In this document: positions 1 to 9,366 of the stretch, piece after piece | Layout of the letters: every line of letters begins with the position of its first letter | Position numbering within the stretch: the stretch's first letter is position 1 | From: a virus | Lineage: Duplodnaviria > Caudoviricetes | Length of the DNA: 64,000 nt | Virus record (IMG/VR): IMGVR_UViG_3300032246_000397 | Location: 186 to 64,185 of that record | Strand: one strand, 5' to 3' | Program-made: the position numbers and the translations under genes | Notes under the pieces: generated by a model | The model's database searches: none | Seen by the model: the letters and a program-made list of their open reading frames with translations, nothing else | What the model was told of the DNA's origin: nothing

Positions 1-564
1 GTAACCGCAGACCTTATTCAAAATATCACGGAAAACAGCAATTTAACCGATATACGAGCCATTACCGCCCAGTTTAAGGTTAACATTACCGAAGCTATAG
101 AATCTTTGGACTTTAATGCCATAGCTGCGCAGTTTGTAGCAAGCGTTACCGAAGCTCAGACGATGGCTGATGTAGCTACCATTATTTCAGTGTTTTTCTT
201 GGATATTGTAGAAAACCTTGGTTCTGCAGACGCTAATACGGTTTCACAAGGCTTGTACTTTAGCATTACAGAAAACCTTAATTCTATTGATTCCAGTACA
301 CAACAGTCTAACTTCTTACAGTCCATCGTTGAAACCTTTACAATAAGGGACTTGGCTTGTGTGCTTGGATGGATTAAAATCAACGATGACCAGACAGTAA
401 CTTGGACCGCAGCAAACAATAGCAATACCGTAACTTGGGCAGATATTAATAATAATCAAACAGTAAATTGGACGGCGGCAAATAACAGCAATACCGTAAC
501 TTGGGCAGATATTGGAGACGACCAAACCCCAAACTGGATAGCAATCGACACAAAGCAATGTTAA
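1..564 (+). CDS. Virion/tail protein, 3' part (frame open from base 1; probably continues the ORF starting at 63655)
   Basis: Frame 1 is open from position 1 (VTADLIQNITENSNL...). Same repeat style (ITE/TAQF) as 63655-64000. C-terminal Trp-periodic repeats. Confidence 0.7.
   Translation, partial: VTADLIQNITENSNLTDIRAITAQFKVNITEAIESLDFNAIAAQFVASVTEAQTMADVATIISVFFLDIVENLGSADANTVSQGLYFSITENLNSIDSSTQQSNFLQSIVETFTIRDLACVLGWIKINDDQTVTWTAANNSNTVTWADINNNQTVNWTAANNSNTVTWADIGDDQTPNWIAIDTKQC
385..540 (+). repeat. In-frame ~66-nt imperfect tandem repeat (QTVxWTAANNSNTVTWADI x2)
   Basis: agcaataccgtaacttgggcagatatt occurs twice, 66 nt apart. Confidence 0.85.
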
Positions 565-576
565 TGAAAGACTAAT

Positions 577-2562
577 ATGGCATCTACTTACTCACCCTCA
601 CTACGACTCGAACTTATCGGGGACGGAGACCAATCTGGTATCTGGGGGCAAACTACCAACAATAACTTAGGCGGCTTAATAGAGCAAGCGGTTTCTGGGG
701 TTATTACAATAACCATGACTGATGCTAACTACACCATGTCCAACTTTAACGGCGTGGTAGATGAAGCCCGAAATCAAGTTTTAGTTATTACTGGCACACT
801 TACCGCCACACGCAACCTTATTGCCCCTTTAGTAGAAAAAACCTACATTGTTCAAAACAATACTACAGGTAGTCAGGCCATACAAATCATCGGCTCTAGT
901 GGCTTGGGTGTAACTATTCCTAATGGAGTAGCGGCTTATGTTTATTGTGATGGCACTAATTTTTATAATGCAAACATTGGGTCAGCTGGTAACTACACAG
1001 TTAATGGCAATCTATCCGTAACAGGAAATGAAATTGTTTCAGGAAATTTTTTATCTTCTGGTGTTTTAGGTTCCTATATTGCGTCTGCATTCACTGCAAG
1101 TATTAGTAATGGTAGCTCCGCAGCGGGGACAATATTAAATGTAACGGCAGTAGCTAGCGGTACTTTATTTGTTGGGCAAACAATTACTGGTTCTGGAGTA
1201 ACCGCAAACACAGTTATTACGGCTTTGGGTACTGGTACAGGAGGCGTTGGTACTTATACTGTAAATAACTCTCAACTTATACTAGTTGGCACAAGTTTTA
1301 CGTCCGCTGGATATGCTGTAGCTACAACACCCCCTGTTAGTGACAACTCAGTAAAAATTGCTACAACGGCGTTTGTTACTACGGCTGTTGGCTCCCCCGT
1401 ACAAAGCGTAACAGGAGTATCTCCAATTGTTTCTTCTGGTGGGACAACGCCAGCAATATCTTTAGGTACCGTCCCGGTAAAAAATGGGGGTACAGGACTA
1501 AGTTCGCCAACGGTTAACAGTCTTTTAGTGGGTAACGGCCCAAATAACGCATTAAATCAAATAGCTCCTAGTACAACAGGCAATGTGCTTACTTCAACAA
1601 GCTCTACTATAGCCGTTGTTACAGGCTCTATTACAGGTACAGCTTTAGCAGTTACGGCGGTCACTTCAGGAACTTTACAGACTGGTGCTACATTAACTGC
1701 TCAAATAGGTTTAGTAAGCCCAACTTATTCAAGCGGTGGCGCTCCCGCACAAAATCAATTTGTTATATCTTCTGCTACAGGTGTAAGTGCAGGACAAACT
1801 GTTACTGGTACAGGCATCCCATCAGGTTCAACAGTAAGCGCTGTTGCTGGAACAACAATAACAATCAGCAATAATTTTACTGTACAGGCAGCGGGTACTT
1901 ATAATTTTTACACGCCTTTAAGCTCAAACACTTCAATTACATCCCAATCAAATGCTACAGGCGCAACAACTGCAACAACACAGACTTATTCTAGTGGCGG
2001 TGCTGTAAGTCAAGCAACTGTTGTGTTTGCCTCTACTTCTGGTCTTTTAATTAATCAGTTTGTTTCTGGTACAGGTTTAGCTACAGGCACATACATAACA
2101 GCTATTAGTGGGACTACAGTAACGTTTAGTAACAATTTTACAGTACAAGCTGCTGGTACATATACTTTTTATAATGCTGGTGGGATTGGTAACTATGTAA
2201 TAACTCCATCTCAAACAGCCTCTAGCACAACCATTACAGCTACTTATAATAGTTGGACTTCCGCAGCAACGACTATCAAAGGTTTAGGTTTAGGTGGTGA
2301 GACTTGGTCAAGCGCTTCTTTTTCAATAGGCACTACATATACTAATAGTAACTCTTACCCAATTATGGTATCAACTGCTATTTTAGGTAGTAGCTCTGGC
2401 GGATTTAGCACTACCGTAACAGTGGGCGGAGTCGCACTTGCAACTGGATCGTATGGTGGTGCAACAGGTACTTGGAATTTCCCTATTACATTTATAGTCC
2501 CTCCTGGTACTACATATTCATTCTCGGGTCGTGGTACATCTGGCGGTGCAATTTTACAATAA
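577..2562 (+). CDS. Tail fibre/spike protein (Thr/Ser/Gly-rich, internal duplication)
   Basis: N-terminus [20 protein letters not shown] typical of these phage fibres. VPVKNGGTG motif. Duplicated YSSGGA...[12 protein letters not shown] block. Confidence 0.75.
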   Translation: MASTYSPSLRLELIGDGDQSGIWGQTTNNNLGGLIEQAVSGVITITMTDANYTMSNFNGVVDEARNQVLVITGTLTATRNLIAPLVEKTYIVQNNTTGSQAIQIIGSSGLGVTIPNGVAAYVYCDGTNFYNANIGSAGNYTVNGNLSVTGNEIVSGNFLSSGVLGSYIASAFTASISNGSSAAGTILNVTAVASGTLFVGQTITGSGVTANTVITALGTGTGGVGTYTVNNSQLILVGTSFTSAGYAVATTPPVSDNSVKIATTAFVTTAVGSPVQSVTGVSPIVSSGGTTPAISLGTVPVKNGGTGLSSPTVNSLLVGNGPNNALNQIAPSTTGNVLTSTSSTIAVVTGSITGTALAVTAVTSGTLQTGATLTAQIGLVSPTYSSGGAPAQNQFVISSATGVSAGQTVTGTGIPSGSTVSAVAGTTITISNNFTVQAAGTYNFYTPLSSNTSITSQSNATGATTATTQTYSSGGAVSQATVVFASTSGLLINQFVSGTGLATGTYITAISGTTVTFSNNFTVQAAGTYTFYNAGGIGNYVITPSQTASSTTITATYNSWTSAATTIKGLGLGGETWSSASFSIGTTYTNSNSYPIMVSTAILGSSSGGFSTTVTVGGVALATGSYGGATGTWNFPITFIVPPGTTYSFSGRGTSGGAILQ

Positions 2563-2570
2563 GGAAAATT

Positions 2571-2756
2571 ATGTTTTTGATTACATGGGTGTTTGACAAA
2601 CTAGGCTATATGCCAAAGATTGATATGCAAATTGGTAAAGTCAATATAGAAGCGGCTTGGCCTTTTCCAGTTGAAGAAGAAGAACCTAAAGCTACTGTAA
2701 AAAAACGTAAACCTGCTTTGAAAAAAGCTACGACTGTCGCTAAAAAGGCAAAATAA
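2571..2756 (+). CDS. Small hypothetical protein with basic C-terminus
   Basis: RBS AAGGA before ATG 2571, a better start than 2472. Confidence 0.55.
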   Translation: MFLITWVFDKLGYMPKIDMQIGKVNIEAAWPFPVEEEEPKATVKKRKPALKKATTVAKKAK

Positions 2757-2759
2757 CGT

Positions 2760-3212
2760 GTGGCGGACCCCTACGGCATATCCGAAGGAGTAAAAGCTCT
2801 TAGTGGCAGTCTTGATGCAAGTCGGGAGGCTAGCAAAGGGCTGTCTAAAAGTATTGAAGCTGCACAGCATGACGCAACAGAAGTAGCCCAGAAGCAAGCT
2901 AATGAACGAATTAGGGCAAGACGGGAAGCAGAGTTTAAAAAAGAAAGAGCATTACTTAAGGCTTTAGAGTCATGGCAGCATAAGAAGCAAATCTCTGATG
3001 AAGAGGCAAAACTAAAGATTGATTTTGTTAAAAAGTATGGCGCTAAAGAATGGGAAGCGGTTTTGAAAATAAAGCTAGATATTGAAAACCTTCAGCGTAA
3101 AGACAACGAAGAATATCAGCACGATTTAAAGGCAGTTAGGCGAGTACAGTTTTATTGTTTTGCTTTGGCTGCTGTATGCGCTTGGTATTTAACTTGGGGT
3201 TACAAATGGTAG
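2760..3212 (+). CDS. Coiled-coil protein with C-terminal TM (lysis-module associated)
   Basis: Charged helical body with hydrophobic C-terminus, upstream of holin-like gene and endolysin. Confidence 0.55.
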   Translation: MADPYGISEGVKALSGSLDASREASKGLSKSIEAAQHDATEVAQKQANERIRARREAEFKKERALLKALESWQHKKQISDEEAKLKIDFVKKYGAKEWEAVLKIKLDIENLQRKDNEEYQHDLKAVRRVQFYCFALAAVCAWYLTWGYKW

Positions 3213-3289
3213 AGGAATGGATATGGATTATTTTATTATTGTTGGTTATTTGGCTTTTTGCGGGAATTTTAATTATGGCAACGTTTTAA
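3206..3289 (+). CDS. 27-aa single-TM micropeptide (not in ORF track)
   Basis: MVEEWIWIILLLLVIWLFAGILIMATF; overlaps upstream stop and fills the gap in the lysis module. Confidence 0.45.
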   Translation: MVEEWIWIILLLLVIWLFAGILIMATF

Positions 3290-3312
3290 TTTGCTTGGCG
3301 TAAAGGATTGAT

Positions 3313-3807
3313 ATGGATTGGTTAGCTAAATTAGTACCGACTATCGCCACTTGTTTGGGTGGTCCTTTGGCGGGTCTTGCTGTTACTGCAGTATCTAAAG
3401 CACTAGGTATTGACGAAGATAAGGTTCAGGATGTGATTGATAGCGGTAAGTTATCTGCCGACCAAATATCTAGTTTAAAACAAGCTGAAATTGAATTGCA
3501 ACGCCAAGCCCAAGAGTTAGGGCTAAATTTTGAACAATTAGCCGTACAAGACCGTGCTTCTGCTCGTGACTTGCAAAAAGAAACCAAGTCTTTTATCCCC
3601 CCAGTTTTGTCTATATTAGTTACCCTTGGATTTTTTGGTATTTTGGGCGGGTTGATGTCCGGCAAAATTATGACTTCTGATGCTTTGATGTTAATGCTAG
3701 GTTCTTTAGGAACTGCATGGACCGGCATTATTGCCTTTTACTTTGGTTCTTCAGCAAGCAGTCAAGCTAAAGATAATATGATTCACAACTCTACCCCAAT
3801 CAAATGA
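3313..3807 (+). CDS. Holin-like membrane protein
   Basis: Several hydrophobic segments, FYFGSS motif, directly upstream of endolysin. Confidence 0.65.
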   Translation: MDWLAKLVPTIATCLGGPLAGLAVTAVSKALGIDEDKVQDVIDSGKLSADQISSLKQAEIELQRQAQELGLNFEQLAVQDRASARDLQKETKSFIPPVLSILVTLGFFGILGGLMSGKIMTSDALMLMLGSLGTAWTGIIAFYFGSSASSQAKDNMIHNSTPIK

Positions 3808-4394
3808 GTCTAATTAACGCACTACAAACCCTTGATATTGACCCAAAATGGGAAGCGCCGCTACAAGCTGCTTTTGATAAGTACGATATTAATACTCCTA
3901 GGCGCCAGTCTGCGTTCTTGGGTCAATGTGCCCATGAGTCTGGTAATTTTAAAACTTTGCAAGAAAATCTGAACTACAGTGCTGAAGGACTTATGAAGAC
4001 TTGGCCTAGTCGGTTTCCTACCAAAGAGGTTGCAGATCAGTATGCTCGTAATCCAGCTAAAATTGCAGGTAAGGTATATAACGGACGTTTAGGTAATACT
4101 AGCGAAGAGGAAGCTGCTAAATACTTAGGCAGGGGTCTAATTCAGTTAACAGGCAAAGAGAATTATGAGCGATGTGGAAGTGCGATTGGCGTTGACTTTA
4201 TTAATGAACCTACTCTTTTGGTTGAGCCTAATCATGCTGCTATGTCTGCCGGGTGGTTCTGGAACAAAAAAGGATTAAACGAATTGGCTGATTCTCAAGA
4301 ACATGGTCAAATTACCAAACGTATTAACGGCGGTCTTATCGGTTTAGATGACAGAATTGCCAAAACTACTAAAGCACTTGCAGCACTAGGATAA
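3804..4394 (+). CDS. Endolysin, glycoside hydrolase family 19
   Basis: FLGQCAHESG, GRGLIQLTG and TKRINGG motifs. Confidence 0.9.
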   Translation: MSLINALQTLDIDPKWEAPLQAAFDKYDINTPRRQSAFLGQCAHESGNFKTLQENLNYSAEGLMKTWPSRFPTKEVADQYARNPAKIAGKVYNGRLGNTSEEEAAKYLGRGLIQLTGKENYERCGSAIGVDFINEPTLLVEPNHAAMSAGWFWNKKGLNELADSQEHGQITKRINGGLIGLDDRIAKTTKALAALG

Positions 4395-4397
4395 CCT

Positions 4398-6632
4398 ATG
4401 CCATTACAAAAACTACAACTTAGACCCGGTATTAATAAAGAGGGCACAAACTATACCAATGAAGGTGGTTGGTTTGATTGTGATAAAGTGCGTTTTCGTT
4501 CTGGTAATGCAGAAAAAATTGGTGGTTGGACACGCCTTTCTAACAACACATTTCGGGGTATATGTAGAGCGCTTTGGAATTGGGGAACTTTATCTGGCGC
4601 TAACTTGTTGGGTGTTGGAACTAACCTTAAATACTATATTGAGCAGGGCGGTGCATATAACGATGTAACCCCCCTTAGAGTTACCTATACTCATAGTACA
4701 ACCCCTAGTACTGACAATATGTTTTCTACCGTCAATGGATCTAGAGTTGTTACTGTAACACTTTCTGGTTACGGTGGGGTTGATAACGACTTTGTAACTA
4801 TTTCTGGTTCTACTGCAGTAGGCGGTATTCCCGCTGCGGAAATAAATGCTGAACAACAAATATTATATAAATCTGGTACTCAGTTTACATTTACTACCAC
4901 TACCGCCGCTACATCTACAGTTACAGCAGGTGGGGGCACAAGCATCACCGCCGCATTTCAAATTAATACCGGCCTAGATGTTGAGATTGCAGGTACTGGA
5001 TGGGGTGCTGGCACTTGGCCTTCTTATGTTGATACAACCCTTACTAACCCATTTACAGCTGCTAGCGCTGGGGTTTCTGTGCTTACAGTTACTAAAACAG
5101 GGCATGGTTTAACTACCGGCGATTATGTGTATTTCTCTAGTATTGCCGCTGATGCTTGTGGTATAAACCGATTGGTGTTGCAAAAGGCGTTTCCAATAAC
5201 TAGTACTGGGGCTAATACATTTACTATTTCTACAGTCATTGGCTCTAATACTTATACAACAACTTCTACTGCAGCTTCGGGTGGCACAGTCATTATAAGT
5301 GCTCCTGTAGCCCCAGTTCGTGGTTGGGGTGCAGCTGCTAGCGTTGGTATTGCTCAACAATTGCGCATATGGACTAACGACAATTTTGGTCAAGATTTAG
5401 TTCTTGCTCCTCGTGGCGGTGAAATTTATTTGTGGTTGCCTTCTGGTCAAGTATATCCAAGTGGCGCTGCTGGTGGACTTACAACTAGAGCACAACAGCT
5501 ATCTGTAGAATCAACGGCGGCTGGCTATTTAGGGCAGTTTGTTCCTAACAATACAAACCAGATTATTGGTTCGGCAATTCAACGTTTTGTTATTGCTTTT
5601 GGCGCTAATCCTTATGATCCAACAAATGCTGATACCGCGTTTGATCCTTTGCTAGTACGCTGGGCTGACCAAGACAATCCTTACCAATGGGTACCTGCAG
5701 TAACAAACCAGTCTGGCGAATTCCGACTTAATATTGGTTCTTACATTGTTTGTGCGCGTTCAACCCGTCAAGAGATACTAGTTTGGACTGATGCGGCTCT
5801 TTACTCTATGCAATATCTTGGGCCGCCGTATGTTTGGGGATTCCAGTTGTTACAAGACAATATATCTATTATGGGTCCAAATGCCTCTATTACGGTTAAT
5901 AATGTAACCTATTGGATGGGTACGGATAAATTCTATCGCTATACTGGTCGTGTAGAAACCCTGCCTTGTACATTACGTCAGTATGTTTACCAAGACATTA
6001 ATCAAGCCCAAAATTTCCAAGTGTATGCAGGTAGCGTAGAAGGTTACAACGAGATTTGGTGGTTCTATTGTTCTGCCAATAGCAACATTATTGATCGCTA
6101 TGTTATTTATAATTATGTAGATAATGTTTGGTATTATGGCAACATGAGCCGTACCGCTTGGTTAGACTCTGGTTTACGTACATACCCAATGGGTGCCGAC
6201 ACCGCTAACTTCCGCATTTTGTACCATGAGAATGGTGTGGATGATGTATCAGGGTTAACCCCAGTACCTATCGTGTCTTATGTTCAGTCATCCGACTTTG
6301 ATATTGGCGATGGCATGAACTTTGGGTTTGTATGGAGAATACTGCCCGATTTAACATTTAACGGGTCTACATCAGGTGTGCCGTCAGTAACAATGGTAGT
6401 GCTGCCTCGCCAAAATGCTGGTACTGCCTATGGAATGCCTAATGCTCCAGTAGTAGCAAGTGCTCAAAACTACAACACTAGACACACATATAATGTTCAA
6501 CAGTTTGACGGACAGGTATATACCCGCATTAGGGGTAGGCAGATGGCATATAGAATTGAGTCTACTGGGCTAGGTGTTGCTTGGCAGATGGGTTATCCAC
6601 GTATTGATATAAGACCAGACGGACGCAGATAA
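4398..6632 (+). CDS. Tail nozzle / DNA-stabilisation protein (P22 gp10-like) with inserted beta domains
   Basis: Size, beta-propeller-like aromatic pattern, position before ejection proteins. Confidence 0.6.
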   Translation: MPLQKLQLRPGINKEGTNYTNEGGWFDCDKVRFRSGNAEKIGGWTRLSNNTFRGICRALWNWGTLSGANLLGVGTNLKYYIEQGGAYNDVTPLRVTYTHSTTPSTDNMFSTVNGSRVVTVTLSGYGGVDNDFVTISGSTAVGGIPAAEINAEQQILYKSGTQFTFTTTTAATSTVTAGGGTSITAAFQINTGLDVEIAGTGWGAGTWPSYVDTTLTNPFTAASAGVSVLTVTKTGHGLTTGDYVYFSSIAADACGINRLVLQKAFPITSTGANTFTISTVIGSNTYTTTSTAASGGTVIISAPVAPVRGWGAAASVGIAQQLRIWTNDNFGQDLVLAPRGGEIYLWLPSGQVYPSGAAGGLTTRAQQLSVESTAAGYLGQFVPNNTNQIIGSAIQRFVIAFGANPYDPTNADTAFDPLLVRWADQDNPYQWVPAVTNQSGEFRLNIGSYIVCARSTRQEILVWTDAALYSMQYLGPPYVWGFQLLQDNISIMGPNASITVNNVTYWMGTDKFYRYTGRVETLPCTLRQYVYQDINQAQNFQVYAGSVEGYNEIWWFYCSANSNIIDRYVIYNYVDNVWYYGNMSRTAWLDSGLRTYPMGADTANFRILYHENGVDDVSGLTPVPIVSYVQSSDFDIGDGMNFGFVWRILPDLTFNGSTSGVPSVTMVVLPRQNAGTAYGMPNAPVVASAQNYNTRHTYNVQQFDGQVYTRIRGRQMAYRIESTGLGVAWQMGYPRIDIRPDGRR

Positions 6633-6931
6633 TGGCATATAACGCTCCACTACGCTCGCCAAAGGCACCTAATTTACCCAATGCCCCAATGGAAGGGTAT
6701 AGCTCTGGATATTTTGACCAGTATTCCAACGTGCTTCGTTTGTACTTTAACCAGATAGATAACTTTACCCAAGCGGCTGCTATACCCCTTGCTGGGACTA
6801 CGGCGGAAAGACCTGTAAGCACCGCACAGGTACCGTTAGCAGTAGGGCAGATTTATTACGATACCACTCTAGATAGACCAATTTGGTGGAACGGTACGGT
6901 TTGGAAAAAAGCTGATGGAACAACGGTTTAA
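6632..6931 (+). CDS. Hypothetical virion protein
   Basis: Translationally coupled; GTTAERP...GQIYYDTTL fibre-like motif. Confidence 0.6.
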   Translation: MAYNAPLRSPKAPNLPNAPMEGYSSGYFDQYSNVLRLYFNQIDNFTQAAAIPLAGTTAERPVSTAQVPLAVGQIYYDTTLDRPIWWNGTVWKKADGTTV

Positions 6932-7443
6932 TGACAAACGTAATTAATCTTAATAACTCACTGGAAAAAGTAAAGTCCAGAGAAAACATTATGGCTGTTC
7001 AACATAAATTAGAAGAACTTGTAGCCAATGGAATTTTAGAGTCTGGCATTGAAGGGCGTAAATTAACTCACCATTTTACAGATATAGATGATGAGTACGA
7101 CTGCGGTTTGTATGGTAGAGAAATGTTTATGCCCAAAGGAACATTAGTTGTAGGAAAAATACATAAAAGACAAGGACTAAACTTTCTTTTAAAGGGTAAA
7201 ATCTACGTAGCTACAGAATTTGGCAAAACGTGGTATACGGCGCCATGCATCATAAAAGGTGAGGCTAATGTAAAGCGGGTAGTATTTGCATCAGAGGATA
7301 GTATATTTGTGAATGTGCATTTGACTAAGCATGTTGGCGAAGAAAATTTAGATAAGATTGAACAGGACATTGTGACTGACGACTATAAAGAAGTTGGGTT
7401 AATGGACTCTATAGATAAATTGCTGGAAAGCAAAGGAGAATAA
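6931..7443 (+). CDS. Cupin-like protein
   Basis: HHF...GLYGREMFMPKGTLVVGKIHK pattern. Confidence 0.55.
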   Translation: MTNVINLNNSLEKVKSRENIMAVQHKLEELVANGILESGIEGRKLTHHFTDIDDEYDCGLYGREMFMPKGTLVVGKIHKRQGLNFLLKGKIYVATEFGKTWYTAPCIIKGEANVKRVVFASEDSIFVNVHLTKHVGEENLDKIEQDIVTDDYKEVGLMDSIDKLLESKGE

Positions 7444-7444
7444 T

Positions 7445-8947
7445 ATGGCGTTTGAAGCTACCGGTGCGGTAATGTTGGCGGAAGCCGTTGCTGCTGCTAG
7501 TCCAGAAATTGCGGCTACTATGTTTGCATCTATGCCTTTGATTGGTGAAGGTTTTTTAGCAGCCGCTCCAGAGTTAGCTGGTCTTCTTGGCAGCGAGGCA
7601 ATTATAGGTGGAGAGACTTTAGGTAGTTTATTAGGAGCTGAAACTGCTCCAGCTGTTCTTCAACAAGCCGTTACTCCAGCAGCGCAAAGTGTAGTTGAAG
7701 GTGGTGTTGGTTCTGGCGAAGGTATTACATCTACTACTAGGGGAGCTCTTCAAACTGGTGCAGCGCAAGCTCCAAACCCTTATACAGACCAATTTATTAA
7801 TGCTTTTCAAAATCCAGACGCCGCATTAAATGGCGCTTCTCCATATGAGCCTTTAGCATCTAATACTGAAACCCAATTAGTAGAAAGGGCAGCTACTACC
7901 CCTACACCTACCCCCGGCGCGGATTCTGTATTAAACGCACCTAATGTTAATCCTTCTTTATCCAATCCCGGTTATTCTGGTACAGGTTTAAATCCAACGC
8001 TTTCTTCGCCTTCGCCATTTACATCCGCTCCTAGCGCGTTTGAACAAGGTCTTGGAGCTATTAGCAAATTTGCATCTAATAATCCGTTTTTAACAGGTGC
8101 TGGCATTTACGGCATTGCTGGCGCTACAGGTATGTTAGACCAAAAACGCCAAGAATTTAGCGCTGCGCCTAAAAAACAATTTAATAATCCGTACCATCTT
8201 TCGCCTAATTTTAAAGGTTATAACCCAAATTCACAACCATATAATGTAGATTATTCTAAATATGCTGGAGTTAACAACTACGCTGAAGGCGGTATTGCTG
8301 GTTATTACCGTGGTGATTTAGCTACTAGTAATGGACAACGCGGAGATGTTTATGGGGCAACAAGTCGATTTTTAGATATGTATGATCCTTCATCTAGATA
8401 TACTCCACCGGCAGATGCAGCGCACCCTGATGTAGGTATTTTTCATGACACTAATCCTTCTACTAGAAGTAAATCTGCTTTGCAAGCAGCGGGGATAAGA
8501 AACAAAGCCATAGCAAATAGAGCAGACGTAAAAACAAGTGCTAACTATATACCGCCAAGTCGCCAAATGGGGCAACTTAATTTTACTCTTCCGGGCGGTA
8601 AAGCTGACCAAGAAACAGATAATGACTCTGTTTTAAACGCGGCGCATGGCGGTATTATGGGCGCTAGTTTAGGTAGTTATGCAGCTGGCGGAAACCCTCG
8701 TTTATTAAAAGGACCCGGTGATGGCATGTCTGACAATATTCCAGCAACGATTGGTGGCGCTCAACCAGCACGTTTAGCTGATGGTGAGTTTGTTGTTCCT
8801 GCTGACGTTGTCTCGGGTCTTGGTAACGGTTCTACTGATGCTGGCGCAAAACGATTACACGAAATGATGGATAAAGTTAGAGTCGCTAGAACAGGTAATA
8901 AAAAACAAGGTAAAAAAATAAACCCAAATAAATATACGCCTAAATGA
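7445..8947 (+). CDS. Internal virion/ejection protein
   Basis: C-terminal GPGDGMSDNIPA..LADGEFVVPADVV motif; AxGG repeats. Confidence 0.6.
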   Translation: MAFEATGAVMLAEAVAAASPEIAATMFASMPLIGEGFLAAAPELAGLLGSEAIIGGETLGSLLGAETAPAVLQQAVTPAAQSVVEGGVGSGEGITSTTRGALQTGAAQAPNPYTDQFINAFQNPDAALNGASPYEPLASNTETQLVERAATTPTPTPGADSVLNAPNVNPSLSNPGYSGTGLNPTLSSPSPFTSAPSAFEQGLGAISKFASNNPFLTGAGIYGIAGATGMLDQKRQEFSAAPKKQFNNPYHLSPNFKGYNPNSQPYNVDYSKYAGVNNYAEGGIAGYYRGDLATSNGQRGDVYGATSRFLDMYDPSSRYTPPADAAHPDVGIFHDTNPSTRSKSALQAAGIRNKAIANRADVKTSANYIPPSRQMGQLNFTLPGGKADQETDNDSVLNAAHGGIMGASLGSYAAGGNPRLLKGPGDGMSDNIPATIGGAQPARLADGEFVVPADVVSGLGNGSTDAGAKRLHEMMDKVRVARTGNKKQGKKINPNKYTPK

Positions 8948-9357
8948 TTCAAGTATCTATGGTGCCTAGAGAGTTTGTTGATTCATGCTGGGAACAAATA
9001 GAACCGTACATGGAAAAAGCGGCTAAATATACATATGGGCGTTATACTTGTGATGACATATACGACTCAATAAAAGAACATGATTACCAGTTGTGGGTGG
9101 CATTTAAAGACAGTAAAATTAAAGGAGCTGTTGTTACTAATATAGGGGTATACCCTAAACGTAAATTATTAACTATGGCTTTTTGTGGTGGAGTTGAATT
9201 AAAAGAATGGAAAGACCCGATGTTAAAGCTACTACAAAAGTTTGCTAAAGACATGGGATGTGATGGAATTGAGTCTACTGCTAGGTTGGGGTGGGCTAAA
9301 GTATTTCAAAATGACGGATATAAACAGCACTGGGTAACTTTTGAGTTGCCATTATAA
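8944..9357 (+). CDS. Putative GNAT-fold protein in ejection module
   Basis: Size, position and ..GCDGIES.ARLGW motif typical of podovirus acetyltransferase-like genes. Confidence 0.5.
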   Translation: MIQVSMVPREFVDSCWEQIEPYMEKAAKYTYGRYTCDDIYDSIKEHDYQLWVAFKDSKIKGAVVTNIGVYPKRKLLTMAFCGGVELKEWKDPMLKLLQKFAKDMGCDGIESTARLGWAKVFQNDGYKQHWVTFELPL

Positions 9358-9366
9358 GGAGTAAAT

